From: an uncultured Planctomycetia bacterium
Lineage (GTDB): Bacteria; Omnitrophota; Gorgyraeia; Gorgyraeales; Gorgyraeaceae
Assembly (NCBI GenBank): GCA_964415355.1
Contig: CAYPYS010000001.1
Span: 215,399-279,398 of the forward strand
DNA length: 64,000 bases
Direction of reading: 5' to 3'
Part shown: piece by piece, positions 37,301 through 52,300 of the stretch
Position numbering within the stretch: the first letter of the stretch is position 1
How the letters are laid out: each line of letters starts with the position of its first letter
The notes under the pieces: generated by a model
Seen by the model: the letters and a program-made list of their open reading frames with translations, nothing else
Told to the model about the DNA's origin: nothing
Databases searched by the model: none
Program-made: the position numbers and the translations under genes

Positions 37301-40300
37301 TAGAGGCCTCAGTGAGAGAAATTGATGCTCTATCCACAGTAATTTTCTGAATTTCGCCATCAACTTCAAGATATAATCCGCGTACTGGCCCGTTTAGTTG
37401 CTCAGCGCTCCTGCTTCCCTCCTGAACAATGATTACATCTGCCTTAGCATGATAAAACATAGCTATGTTCAGAGCACCGATTGGGTAAACACCTATAATA
37501 GTCCCGGTGCTACTATTTCCGGCCTGCTGTTTCTGCTCAGTAAAATAACCGAACAACTCATTGCTACTAAGCATAACCCCAGTAATAAAGCCTTGGCCGA
37601 GCCCAAAGAAATCCCCACCAGCCACGGATGAGGTGATTCCCAGCGAAGCCCACCCGGGCCATATTGCTATTCTTAAAACCTGCATAAGTGCAAAAATTAC
37701 AAAAGCTATCCAAAGAATATGCTCAATGATCTTTAAAGCACTGTTAATCTTCTGAAGACGAATTATCCTTTGAGACCTCGGTAGAACTATAGCTCCTCCG
37801 TCTGGCATTTCAATCAATCTGGACTGCACTTCATTCCAAAATTCCTTATACACATAAGCCCCGAACCTGATTCTTGCAATGCTAAATACAAAGAAACACA
37901 ACCCCAACCCTTGTCCTAATTCGGATGAAAGACCAAAAAACCCTCCTGCTTCTCGCCCTAACAGCCTTAGAAAAACAAATTTTCCTATGATTATAAATAA
38001 GTCCGCTATATTCGTCCAACCTCCAAAACCAAAGGGGATATAGTCACGATTATATTTATATACAATTTCTTCCCAGAAATTTGAAAACCAACTGCCTAAC
38101 ATTAAACCAAATAAAGCTAGATAAAAATTTGAAAATAATCCAAAGATTTGACTCTGGATAGCAATTTTCCATATAAATACGCCTAAGGTTATAAATACTA
38201 GTGCTGCGCTTAAAAAAGTCCTTAAAGGATTTTCTAAACGTGGGGTTTTAATTCCCCAGTCTTTCTTATCTGCTATGTAGCCAGCTACCCTCGCTATCAG
38301 AAACCCGACCAAAACAGACATGCCAATAACAATAAGCGGTGGTGCAGTCTCCCATAAAAAGTAGTGTAACTTTTCAAGCATATCAAATCCTGTCCTTGAA
38401 GACAGGTTTAATCTTGAAATCAAGGACAGGTTGCCAGCTGAAATAGCAAATGGTACAAGCAACAAGGCGTTGTTTTTCTGTTTTAAACTAAAAAAGATAT
38501 AATAAAAAAGCGAGACTAACATACTGGTGGCCAAGATTAAACCCCATATCAGCAACGTAGAATCAGATTGTATGGCTACCCATGTAACAGCCCATCGATA
38601 ATATAACCAATACGTCACTAGCATAGGCCCGACTGTAAGTATTAGTGCTCGCGCCATAGTTTTGCCTCGATCAGGGAAGAAAGAATTCTCAGACCAAAAA
38701 GCTCGTCTAAGCGACTTCGCTGCTATGGCCGTAGGTATAAAAACTGCTATGATGAGCCAACCAGCCATGGGAAGAGACAATAAACCTCTATAAATTGCTA
38801 AGGTAAAAGCCGTCAAACTAAACACGACCAAGGTATGTTTCTTACGCTGCGTATTATTAAACCACGCTTCATCATGTTCGCACCATCCGCTATAAGCTTG
38901 AATTTTTTGTCCCGAAATTTGTAACCATCTCCATGAAATTGTCAACATAAGGACAATTATTGGCAAGACAAGGATAACTAGTAGGTCAAATTCTGACAAG
39001 CCATATACCGCGCCATACAAAATCGTACCGGTCCCGAGCATCAAGATAACCAGGATAAAGATCAATACAAAAGATCTCCAGCCTAAAGATATCCAGCGCG
39101 GGACCTTTGATGCGTATTGTTCGTAATCACTTCCAAACTTATCTTTTAAATAACTCTCTTCTTTTATCGACTCTTTTTTAACAGACGAGCTAGTTTGAAG
39201 CGCCACGAATAATCCTGATATTAACGCGATTATCCAGGTAAGGGTCTTAGCATCCATTGGATAGAATAGCGTTGCAATAATAGAGGTTATAAAGCTAGAG
39301 AAAATTATAACATAACTAATGTATATGGGATTTCTGGTCCATCTGTAAGGGCCTTTGGCAACAAGGGCATCGGGGTAAATTTCACAACGAGTAATGATAA
39401 GATGTGGATCTATATATAGGTGTGCGTAATTGAGGAAAATACAGCTGGCAACTAAAATGCTTGCCGGCCAAAGCAAGATAGGATCGATAAGACCTAGAAT
39501 AAAGGCAAAAATTACAGAAACAAGCAACTGTCTTTGTTCGCACTTAAGATACCGCCATAGACGTATAAGGGCATAAGCAGAAATACCTAAAATGACAGCA
39601 ATCAGTTTTATGTTCACCTCTGGCGGTGGCTGATTCTCGACAAAGTGCCGTAAATTTTCAAGGATATTGAGCTGACTAAATCTGTCATTGCGAGCAATGA
39701 CAGATGGAGACACCTTAGCAAACAAGGAAACGCCTAACATGAAGCTTGAATTATCCTGATCGGATATGAGGGTGATTGCCGCAAGATTTGCCAGAGGGTG
39801 AGAGGCAATAAGGCTATGCTGTATGCGCAATGGTTCAGGATCAGCTTTAATAAGTCCCAGCTTTATAGCTAGTTCTACAGTCTCAAGACGTTTTTGAAGT
39901 CTGATAGTAGGTTTCACAGCCCGTCCCAAATGAGATAGTCCTAGATGTTCTCTTGCATTACTAAAGGTTATGCTAACATTGGACTGCGGGATAGATATCC
40001 TCTTGGAAATCTCTTTATTTGTCAGCCCTTGAGCCATAAGGGTTAATATTTCTTTTTCCCTATCAGTAAGCTGAGACATCTTTACAAGCTTTTTAAGTGG
40101 CTCAGGATCAGCTTTAATAAGTCCCAGCTTTATAGCTTCTTCAACAGTCTCAAGACGTTTTTTAAGTCGTGCAAGCAAGTTTCCCCATCCCAAAGGAGAT
40201 AGCCCTAGATGTTCCCTAGCACTTCGATAGAGTGCATTAATATTTGGCACTGTAGTAGAAAGCTTCTCAGCGATCTCTTCAATTGTCAATCCTTGAGCCA

Positions 40301-43300
40301 TAAGAATCAATATCTCTTTTTCTCTATCAGTAAGCTGAGACATCTTTACAAGCTTTTTAAGTGGCTCTGGGTCAGCTTTAATAAGTCCCAGCTTTATAGC
40401 CCGATTAACAGTCTCAAGACGTTTTTTAAGTCGCGTAGCCAAACTCTTACCATGTCCCAAAAGAGGTAGTCCTAGATGTCCTCTGGCGCCTCGATAGCGT
40501 GCATTAATATTTGGCACTGTAGTAGAAAGTTTCTCAGCGATATCTTCGATTGTCAATCCTTGAGCCATAAGGATCAATACCTCTTTTTGCCTCTCACTTA
40601 GACGAGGTGTATTGATAAGCTCTCTAAGTGATTTAGGATCAGCTTCAATAAGTCCCAGTTTTATAGCCCGCTCTACAGTCTCAAGATATTTTCTAAGCTG
40701 CATAACCAAGGTCTTGCCACGTCCCAAAGGAGGCAATCCTAAATGTTTTCTGGCATTACTAAAGGTTATGCTAACATTGGACTGAGAAATAGAAAATTTC
40801 TCAGCGATCTCTTCGATTATCAGTCCTTGAGCCATAAGAATCAATATCTCTTTTTCTCTATCAGTAAGCTGAGACATCTTTGCAAGCTTTCTAAGTGGCT
40901 CAGGATCAGCTTTAATAAGTCCCAGCTTTATAGCCCGCTCCACAGTCTCAAGACGTTTTTTAAGCCTGATAACATGGCTCACGCTTTTTCCTAAATGAGA
41001 TAGCCCTAGATGTTCTCTGGCGCGTTGATAGTGTTCATGAATAGTGTCTATATTAATAGCGATTTCTTCAGCGATCCTTTTATTCGTCAGTCCTTGAGCC
41101 ATAAAAGTTAATACCTCTTTTTCCCTCTTACTTAGACGAGGTGTATTGATAAGCTCTCTAAGTGATTTAGGATCAGCTTCAATAAGTCCCAGTTTTATAG
41201 CCCGCTCTACAGTCTCAAGATATTTTCTAAGCTGCATAACCAAGGTCTTGCCACGTCCCAAAGGAGGCAATCCTAAATGTTTTCTGGCATTACTAAAGGT
41301 TATGCTAACATTGGACTGAGAAATAGAAAGTTTCTCAGCAATTTCTTTATTCCTCAGCCCTTGAGCCATAAGGGCTAATACCTCTTTTTCCCTGTCAGTA
41401 AGCTGAGACATCTTTACAAGCTTTCTAAGTGGTTCAGGGTCAGCTTTAATAAGTCCCAGCTTTATAGCTAGTTCTACAGTCTCAAGACGTTTTTTAAGCC
41501 TGGTAGCAGGTCTAACAGCTGGTCCCAAATGATCTAGCCCCAGATGTTTTCTGGCGTTTCCATAGATTACATGAATATTGGAAGAGGAAACAAGAGAGAA
41601 AGTCTTAGCAATCTCTTTATCTGTTAACCCTTGAGCCATAAGGATCAATACCTCTTTCTCTCTATCAGTAAGCTGAGACATCTTTACAAGCTTTCTAAGT
41701 GGTTCAGGGTCAGCTTCAATAAGTCCCAGCTTTATAGCCCGCTCTACAGTCTCAAGACGTTTTTTAAGTTGTACAAGCAAGTTCCCGCGTCCAAAATGAG
41801 TCCGCCCTAAAAGATGTTTGTGGGTATTCCGGAAGATTTGACCAACATTACCCTTGGTAATAGAAAGCTCTTTAGCGATCTCTTCATCCCTCAGCCCTTG
41901 AGCCATAAGGGTCAAGATCTCTTTTCTTCTTGGAGACAAGTAAGGTGGATTTATAATTTGCCTCAATAGCCTGACATCAGCATCAATCAATCCGCGCTCT
42001 ATGGCTTGGTTTAATCCATAATCAGTTGAATAGGCTCTGTCCAGGGCCTGCCTAAACGCGATATCTATATCCTGGGTATGTTCAAGGCCTGATCGCTGTA
42101 AGGCCTTTACCCATATGAGAAATGCGTACAAAAACTCTCCGCCTTTTAGTTCTTCAAATGCATCCGTAACATCCCCATAGCTTTGTCCTATAAGTCTGCC
42201 CTTCCACGCCTTCATCAAGTTAACTACATCTTCTTCCATCTCCTCTGTTTTTATTGAAAATATAATCGCATTCCTCAGCTTATTAATTAACTGATCACTC
42301 AATGCTTTCCAGCGCTGGCGCTTCATGTGCCAGAAATCATCCGAACAATCAAGAATCTCATCCCAGCCGTCAAACCTAACAAATGCCCTACAAAATAGCC
42401 TGAGAAGCGATTCTGTTTCAGTATCGGCGGAAAGAATTCCCTCAGGCACAGAACTTGAACTAACAACAAGATCCGCATATTGGTCGTGTCCGTCCATTGG
42501 CAGATCTTTAACTATCTGTTCCGGAAAGGCTACGGCCACCTTAAAGGCCTCCGGCATCTCTTCAAGAAGCCTGTCATAATATCCGCCTCCTCTTCCAAGG
42601 CGCTTCCCCTCCCTTGTGAACAGAAGCCCTGGGACAAGGATCAGGTCAGGGGCCCCACAAAACAACTCGCACGATTCTTTGGGCTGCAAAATGTCATACG
42701 GACCGGTCTCCAGATTTTCTCCAAGATTCTGTATTATACGAAATAGGAGAGCATGCGTTTCATCTTCTTTATCTACGCAGGGAAGGGCTACGGTTTTACC
42801 CTGTTCGAGAGCTTCTTCAATTAAGGGGACAATTTGTGGTTCAAGAGGCATAGGATAATACAGAAATACCACTTTTGTTTTCTCCCAGCGCTGCTGAAAC
42901 AACTGGTGTTCTTCCAAGGCTTTAAAAAGAGATTCGTTTCTTTGAATTGCTGCTCTTTTATCGAGCTTTCTTAAGCGCTTCTTCGCCATCGCCCTCAGCT
43001 GCTCTTTTTGCTCGTGAATATTAAGTTTCTTTCCTTTTTTAATAGCTATTACTACCGCTATGATTGCAAATGAAGAAACTGCCTGCGAGTGTAAGACGAA
43101 CTGCTTTAAAAAACGCAATGATATAAAGTCATAGAATTTCAGCAAAATAAATACAAAAATAATCCCCAATATTATACGAAAGATAAGATTCCTAATAGTA
43201 TTTCCTTGAGCAACCACTATATCGTCTTCCTGGTAACCTGCTTTCTTAAGATTTTCAACCGCTCGACCTTTTATCCTCTTCATTTCTCTTAAACCCAATG

Positions 43301-46300
43301 CGCTTTTGATGATAAGAGCCGCGCTCAAAATTAGAAATATTGAAAAAGCTATCGATATAAATAGAAATCTTCTATATATATCCTGAATAAAAACGGCCCG
43401 GGCAAGCCCAAAGAAATCCCCACCAGCCACGCCCCGTACGAAATCTCCGATTTGCGTACGGGGCACGGTTGAAGCGATCCCCAAAGTAGCCCACCCGGGC
43501 ACAAATACCTTTGTCATTGCGAGGCCAAAGAGCGCAGTGACTCTTGTAGAAGTTTTCTTATCCGCAATGAGGCCACCTTTAATATCTTTATAAGAGAAAG
43601 CAGCGGCAGCCGCCGCTACAACTCTATTTCCCACCTCAAGTTTCCTTAAAATAGATGACACATTATTCATGGCAGGCGCTCTTCCTTCTCCAATGCCTAA
43701 TACTTCTGTTATCTCCCTATTGCTTAGGCCTTTCATTACTAATTGCAAGACTTCTTTTTCTCTGCCGCTGAGTTCATCAAAACCTTTCTCGCGATAAAAA
43801 GCATCATCTAACCTTATCAGCCCTTTTCTAATGGCTATTACCACTGCTTCTATTTTATTTGCTGCTTGTAGTTTTTTAAGAATAGGCTTTCTGTGTTTTA
43901 ACCCAAATGACTTATATCCTAGAGCAAGCGCCATTTCCTTATCAGAAAGGCCTTGCGCAAGAAGCAAAAGAATTATTCCTTGAAACACTGTCAACCTTGT
44001 TTTAAAAATCTCTTCGGTCGCAATCGAAAGGTTCCCGACAGATATCGTCTCAGCTTGACTACTAGCTCTCCCATCTGAATCCACATGCCTGCTAACATCA
44101 GGGAGAAATAAAACCTCGGCTACGCTGCAAGAAATGCGGCATAAGAAACCAATGCCCAAAGGAGTCCTGATGTATTTCCATATATAAGAAAGAAGTTGCG
44201 TTAGTTCATCTATAGCCTCTTGACATGGATTTAAATAAAGCTCCTCAACCGAAATCGAACTGAGCCCATAGGCCTTTGTAGCGGCATTTTTAAACCGTTT
44301 TATGTTATCCAGAACTTTTTGCAATAATGAGCTTATGCACGCTAATTGCAGCGGCGACTCTTTTATCTCTGTTTCTATAAATAATAAACAATCTAATAAA
44401 CTATTTAAAAGTTCCTTTGTTTCCCATAGGGTTTTCTTTTTTAATGTCCTCCTTCCGCGCCCGGATCCATTCTCATCCACGAATTCAAATAAGGCATTGA
44501 TTTTTATTCTTGCGATTGAAAAAGCAGTAATGATCTTGGTAAAATGAGGCCCCGCGCTCCCAGGAATTCCCGAAATATCATATGCTTTTACCCAACCAGG
44601 CGCAGGAGACCTTAAAAACTCCTCTGTTGCGTCGATCCATTTTCTATAGTAATCAAAAGCAGCATCCTTCACCAGGTCTATAGAGCGTGACGATAGAGGA
44701 AAATCTTTTTCTGTCAATACATTGCCTCTTTTAAAGTATCTTATGCGGATCGCATCTTCGCCCCAATATAAATCAACCACCTTCTCCGAAGTAGGCAGCC
44801 AGACTAAGACAGCATATTTTGTCACCCCGCCTATAAATAAACGACGCAGAGCCAAACCTTCCCTTAAAATAACCTGGGCAGATCTGGCTTCTGAATCTTT
44901 CACCGTAGCCTTTGTGCTCAAGAAACGAATTTTAGCCCCATTAATCCATATGCTTCTATGTGTTTCGCCGATAAAAGTCTCTTCCAAAACTGCAGGATAT
45001 GCCCTATCTAAATCCATATCAAGAATCAGGCCAACAAGATAATCTTGCAGTTTCATGCTATATTTATACACAGGCACCTCTTCCTTAATACCAATAATGC
45101 CCATATCGCGGCCATCTACGATAACATGCCTTTTCCCATTTTTAAAAGGGAACTCTAGACTACAAACCAGCTCGCAAACATCTTCCTTATACGCAACAAT
45201 CTCAGCCGATACTAGCTGCTTTGCTCCTGCCTTTTTATATACAAGTTTCCAAATTACCTTAAACCTTTCCATTCCCGGAAGAGAAAGCATATTGGAAGGC
45301 GCGACCCTTAAACACAAGCCCTCTAAGCCCGCACGTCCTCTTGCATCAAGGTCAGCTTCCTGATAGCCGATTAACCCCTCTTCCAAAAGCGATGGCACGC
45401 TTGCGATAGCCGGAGCAAATGCCATTGAAGCCAAAAATGGAACTACATTTCCTCTTATAGCCTCCCAGAATACAATACACCCATAGACTAACAAAGACGT
45501 CATGAGTAAGAAAAGCACAAGAAATAGCCAGCCTCTATACTTAAGCTTGCTAATATAGGCCTTATAGGCCTTGCCTTCTGGTGTTTTATGCGCTCCTAAA
45601 AATAAAATAGCTATAAATTCCGGGTATAGCCTGCCCAATAACGACAATAAACCAAGCATGCTAAACCAGGCCACAGCTATTCCAGCTACCCCCCATGCTG
45701 CCTGAAGCGCCAGGGTATATGGTAAAATAAATATTGATATTAAAAACGTAAGGAAATAGCTTCCAACCCCCCAATATAAAACAGCAAATGCAAAATGTTC
45801 CAATCTCCCATGCCTAAACATACGAATTCCAAACGATATAATATAAAAAATTAAAATTGCAAGCAAAATCATAGTAAACCAAATTCCCGGTTTGTCAAAA
45901 AGCGCGATCAATTTATCTATATCCGGATCCGGCGGGCCGTTTTCCCATAGAGAATAACGCAGGATTTCCTGGATGCTGGAGAATGAAACCCACAATGCCG
46001 CCAGAGAAAAATTTAAATTCGAACCTGATGAGTCTTGCTTGCCAATGCGGTCGTCAACTGACGTAGTCAGTATTTCCAAACATTCATCTTTAAGCATAAG
46101 TTTGGTTAAAGATGGTATTATTTTCTCAAAATCGCTTATAATGCGATTTGCCGTATCTACCTGTTCATCTGTAGCTACTCTCTCTCCATCAAACTCCCAA
46201 TGCTCTACTCCCCATGACCAATATCTTAAGAATACCCAGAAGTATATAATGACAAAAATCGGCTGGATAGCAACACTGGGTTCATAGTCTGAAAATATAG

Positions 46301-49300
46301 GTATCCATATACCGTTAAAATGTGATTTCAATCTAAAATAATCTAAAGAACAAAAACTGCTTATTGTGCTGTGACTTCTGCTCCCACCCCTAACCCATTG
46401 CTCAAGAAGCCAATCAGCCCCGTCTTCCTGCGCTTCGACTGACAGATACACTCGTATTGGCTCATCCTTCCTATTTCTAAACTCTAACCCACATGCCATA
46501 TCTTTTTCTGCTTCTCTACTAAGATAGTTTTCGATTTGCTTTAAAGCTACATCGGAATCGCCAACAATACCAAGCTTTTCCTTTAGTGCGCGCATCAGAC
46601 CTCTTGCAACTATGGGTTCATATGAGTAAAAGAAAAGTTTTGCTACATGCGCCATGAACTCTGATTCTAAAGTTTCCTCAAAAATATCAAAAGGATAAAT
46701 TTGTAAACCTATCTCATCAAATACACGCGTCAATATGCCATTCTTGACTTCAGCAAAGCCTCTTTCGATCCTTATTTCTTTTCTACCCTGCCATAGTATT
46801 TGACCGGCTAAGAAAAAGCCACCATTTGGACCTGTTGCAGCATTCTCAATGACGCCGTCAGGATGTTCCTCTAATACTCGCCCGGGCATTACAAATGGAT
46901 ACGCTTTCACAAACCTGCCTTCTACGCGCCTTGCCAACCCATCCACTATCTCTATCTTCGCGCCTGACCATAAAGCATTCCTAGAATCAGGACCATTATG
47001 ATAAAGATGAGTGCCAACTGCGCCATATATATCGGTACACCTATAATCCTCGAATACTATAATGCCATTATTTACTTTTATATTATGGGCCCACGCCAGG
47101 GCGCCTACGCCCCCTCTTCCAGTTTTAACCTCATTATTCGAATCTGAAGAGATCCCTGTTATCACGCAATAGCCTTTTTTGCCATACCTATCGAGAAAAT
47201 CTCCTGGTACCATGCCTGGAAAGGCATTTATAAAAGTACCCTCTACCAGCTTCCCATCCTCTATTACCGCATCCACAAATAGCGCATTTTTTCCTTCTGG
47301 GCCAATATCGCGGATCAATTCTCCTGTTGCATTATAGACCTTTGTTACACGCCCTTCTTTATCATCTGAGTTTACCTTTTCTACTCGCAGCATTAGTCCT
47401 TCCTCATTCTCATGTCCTTTCCACTTATCCCACCATGGCTTTACTAAATAAAGGCCTCCTCTATTATTCAACTTTGCATCGAGCACCACACAATCAGGGT
47501 AACGTTCAAATAAATCTCCTGGCACACGAGGAGGAAACGTCCCTACAAAAGTACCTCCGACTAACTGACCGTCTACTATAGTGCCTCCATCATATATAGC
47601 ATTTATTCCTTCACCTCTGCGATAACTGCGGATATCTCCTTCGTCTCCTTCTAGCATTACCATCGATATAAACATTAAACAAAATTCCTGACTAGGCAAC
47701 AATCCTTGCGTCATTGTGAGTGCCGTAAAAATAATGCCCAAGAGCAAGGTGAGATTATTTTGGTCGAATTCAGGAGGTTTATTAAATAACGCCATGATTA
47801 CTATGGCGACAGAGGCTATTAGCAGAAATACATCTGCCAGGTTCGCCACATCAAAACCTAGAATAACTATCCAATTTACAACATAGCCTGTAGTTAATTT
47901 TTCTGTAATGTTACCCAAAGTGCCTCCTGCTAAGATACCGAGCATAGCTAGCATAAAAGGCCAGGCTTTTGTATTTTTCCAGTGCAAGAGAAACCATAGG
48001 ATAAGAGAGAACATTAGAGTAGTTAGAATAATAGTAAAAAATACATTCTCATTATCTTTTATAACTTGTATATGCGTAAGCTGAATAACTTGTCCAAATA
48101 ATGGTGTCTTAAGAAGGCTTTTAATGATATCTACATAAGAAAGCCCCTGCTCTGATAGCACATCAAGCTGTGCAGCCGTAAGTGCAACGGGAATATTCAA
48201 CTTAACCCACAGCTTAGTGCCAATATCTATCGCAAAGGCAAGGCATGCTGCAATAAACGCCATCAACCTGCGTCTATGCTGTTTAAGCCATGACCATAGA
48301 AATGGAAAGATAATAATAGGAGCTTGAGAAGCAAACCTTACGCTGGACCTGAACATCGCGATAGGGTTAAAATTTATACGTGAACTATGCAAGAAAACTA
48401 TTTCTCCTCCCACAGATTGATATAATATAAAACATCCTTTAAAGAATAAGGAAAACATGAGACTCAAAATCCCGCACCAAAAAATAAACTTCCATTGAAG
48501 CCCAGTATTTTCCATTCCTGATATATCCAAAGAATATGCCTGTCTGTCCAGTGCATCTGTAAACTGTGCCAGCATTCTAGAGCACTCTGAATATGACGCA
48601 GCCATACCAAACCAGCCCAATACAATTATGTAGATACCCTGCGCTGCCTGAATAGCTAAATTTTGCGGCAATATAAGGCTCGATACAAAATATACCGCTA
48701 AATAACTCAAAGCGCTTTCTAATAAAGTCACGATCAAGAATCGCCGGAGTGACCAGCCTTGCTTTGCCCCGCGAATCCCAGAGAATACAATATAAGTAAT
48801 TAAAGTTGCAAGTAAACCCATAGTAAACCAAACTTCTATGTTGTCAAAAAGTCTGAATTCATGCGCAACCGACAAACATTTTTCTAAGCTCCCACTTTGA
48901 CATTGTTGAAGCGCAAGCTTAATGTTATCAGATAAAAGCGCAACTGGTGCAAGAAATAGGCCATATAATGGAGCTTTCTCTTGTTTTCTTGCTGAAGCAC
49001 ACGAAAAAATTGGTCTGTCAAAGTATAATAAATACACCAGAAAAACAAAAAACCCTACTATTTCCCCGGATATCATGCCGATGAAATCCAAAGGATCTTT
49101 TACCCTGCCAGCTATCCCTCCTAGAAAGTCTTTTGACCTATAGAATTCTAACCATAAGAAAATAAAAATAAACACAACAAACAAACCTGCTAATTTTATA
49201 ACAAGCTGTAATAGCGGCCTGTTATTTTGTGAAGGCCTGTCAAAAAACAAATAACCCATTATAAAAACAATTCCAGTCAGGCCAATAGAAATCCCATAAT

Positions 49301-52300
49301 GACTCAGCCAGCCATATATTGGGTAATAATTAACGATCAATTTTAGCTCTTCTGAACCCTGGTGTCGGATAAAATTACCTATAAAGCCAATTGCCAACGA
49401 TATACAGAGGGCTATGGATAAATAAAATATGACACGCTTTTCTTCTGCATAGTTACTCTTTTGATAAAGCTTTCCGCGGATATAGATAACGAATCCTATG
49501 AACATTGCTAATCCTAACAACATCCAACCAACCGGAATCAACCCAGGATCACCGAATCTAGACTGCCAGAAGGCAAGACATGCAAAACCAGCTATAAGAA
49601 GCGCATCGACTATGCCGACTATGATCGTTACAATGCGGGATTTTTTTGAGAGGTGCAATAAGAGGAAACCAATGCCTACTACTGCGACTATTAAGAAGAA
49701 GAATCCAAGTAAAAGCGCCCAATCAGGCGGGCCATGTTGCCAGATAGAGTGATAGAAGATTTTGTGGATGCTGAATATGTCATTGCGAGTAAAGTGACGC
49801 AATCCCGTTGAGATTGCTTCGTCGCCCATAGCTCCTTGCAATGACATGCTTGTATCAACAATAGGTGCAGAGATAATAAGCAAGCCTTTGCCAGAAAAGC
49901 CACTAGGTTTGCCTGCATCCAAGGAATATACCGACATAATCCAGCACGCAAAGGCAACAAATACACCTCCGAGCATTGCTACTACATCCAATACATCATT
50001 ACTAAATACACCTTTTAGAAAAGGACCTACATCATATAGCTCATTAAGGGTGAATAAATAAATTACTCCCACAACACCTAAGCAACGCACTAACCACACA
50101 GCCCAATTATATAGTTTCAACTTCAACAAAAATCTACACAATACTTCAATAATTATAAAAAATAATATGGCGATAAAAATCGCTGAACCAAAATTAGGAA
50201 ACCAACCGTATATGGGTTTATAATGATCGATAATACCGATACAACCTAAGCCTTGAATCACGTCGCCTGCTAAGGTAATTATTAATCCTAGCATAATACC
50301 AAAAAGACTAAGCGTAATAGCATTGGCCATAATATATTTTTTATTTTTATACGAATCCTTGATAAACTCGTCGACGTAGACTATAAATTTAAACGATAAG
50401 GCCACACAAATTACGCCCATCGTTCCAACAAGAAAAAGTCCTGCATCAACTTTTATGCCTTGTACAAATATAAACGCGAACCCAATAACTAAAAGAGCTA
50501 CGTTTGTTATCCCGACTATCTTGGCCAAAGGGCTAAAGGTCTTCATAATAACGGGTAATTTTTCTTTGTCTCTTGATAGCACTTCATTAGAAATCCATAA
50601 TGCCGTCATAAAAAATAAAAGCATCAGGCCAAAATATATAAAAGTAGCTGTGTCCCTCTCCGCACAGCTAGAAACCAAAGCCACATTATCTGTATCCAAA
50701 TAAAACAAGCTTCCGGTGATCCATCCTGGCTGCGTCGCCATTGCAAACATCTTAAAGATTTCTGAAAATCCATATATCGAACCATACAAAAGCGTACCAG
50801 TCAGAATAGTCAAGCCAATAAAGATAGAGATCAATGCAAAAGACCGCCAGTGCAAAGATATCCAGGCTGGGACTTTAGAGTTATACTGGTCATAATCACT
50901 TCCAAATTCACCTTTTAAATAGTTTTCTTCTTTCGCTCCTTCTTTTTTAAATAACGAGCTTGCTTCAAGCATTCCGCATAACCCTGATATTAATGCTATT
51001 GTCCAGGCAAGAATCTTGTTAGCATCTATCAGATAGAATGCCCCTGCGGAAATAGATACTATATAGACAGAAAAGATTATAATGTAACTAATATATTTAG
51101 GATTTCTAGTCCATCTATAAGGACCTTTGGTGGCAAGTTTATTAGAGTAAATTTTATAATCAGTAAAGACAAAATGTTTATCTATATGCAGGCATGCCCA
51201 GTTGAGTAATATATAGCTAGTAATCAAAACGGCTGCTGGCAAAAGTAAAATAGGGTCAATAAAACCTACTGCAAAGGCAAAGGCTATGGAGATAATCAAC
51301 TGCCTCTGTTCGCACTTCAGATGCCGCCATAGCCGCATCAGTGCGTAAATAGAAAGAACTAAAAGTACAGCGATCAGTTTTGTGTTCGCCTCTGGCGGCG
51401 CCTGAGGCTGGACAAAGTTCCGCAAATTTTCAACGGATGGAGACACTTTGCCAAATAGACTCGTAATTGGTATAAGCATAAGCACATCGTCCCAGACATC
51501 ATCATCTGGATTCCGGCTATTATGTCCTCCGCTTGTCTCTAATTTTTTCAGGTACGCAAATGCGCTGCGCATCTGTTTTGGGGTAAATTTTATTGTGACA
51601 TCTAGATCTAATCCCCATACAGTCCGTCCCCTGCTCCAATCTTCTAAGTCGCGAAGTTCCCCATGAAGCTCTTTTCTTCGTAGTTCTGATATATATTTAA
51701 CAGCCTCTCTTATATCAGGAGAAAATATATTACGAAACATAGCAAGGCCCACAATAAAGAAAATAACGGGCCATAGATTTAAATTTGGCAGCCTTGTACC
51801 GTTTTGGAATCCGTGCGCAACCTGTCCCAAGCCCCCAACCGAAGCGAGCAAGGAAACGCCTAACATGAAGCCTGAATTATTCTGGCCGGATTTGTGATAT
51901 TGAATCAAAAGCCTGATCAAAGGAATGCTTAATAAAATAACGCTCAAAAGAAATATATCTGCCATATTTGTAGGATAAGGATCATTAATGATAGACCACA
52001 GCCACCAGTCTGTGACTGAGCCCTGAACGACAATTTCCGTTATATTGCCAAGAGCACCACCTATAGCTAATCCACCTATGATATGCCAAAACGCCTTATT
52101 TGTTATTTTTAAACTTATCCATATAGCTAAGATGCCGATCAACAAACCTCCGAATGCAGTAGAGATTTCTGAATTAGTTGCAACATGCAGATAATGCGTA
52201 ACTTGAATAGCGCCTTCAAGCAGTGATGTCTTTGGAAGGTTTTGTATAATATCTACCCTTGAAAGTCCGCTACTTACTAATTCATCTACCTGAATAGACG

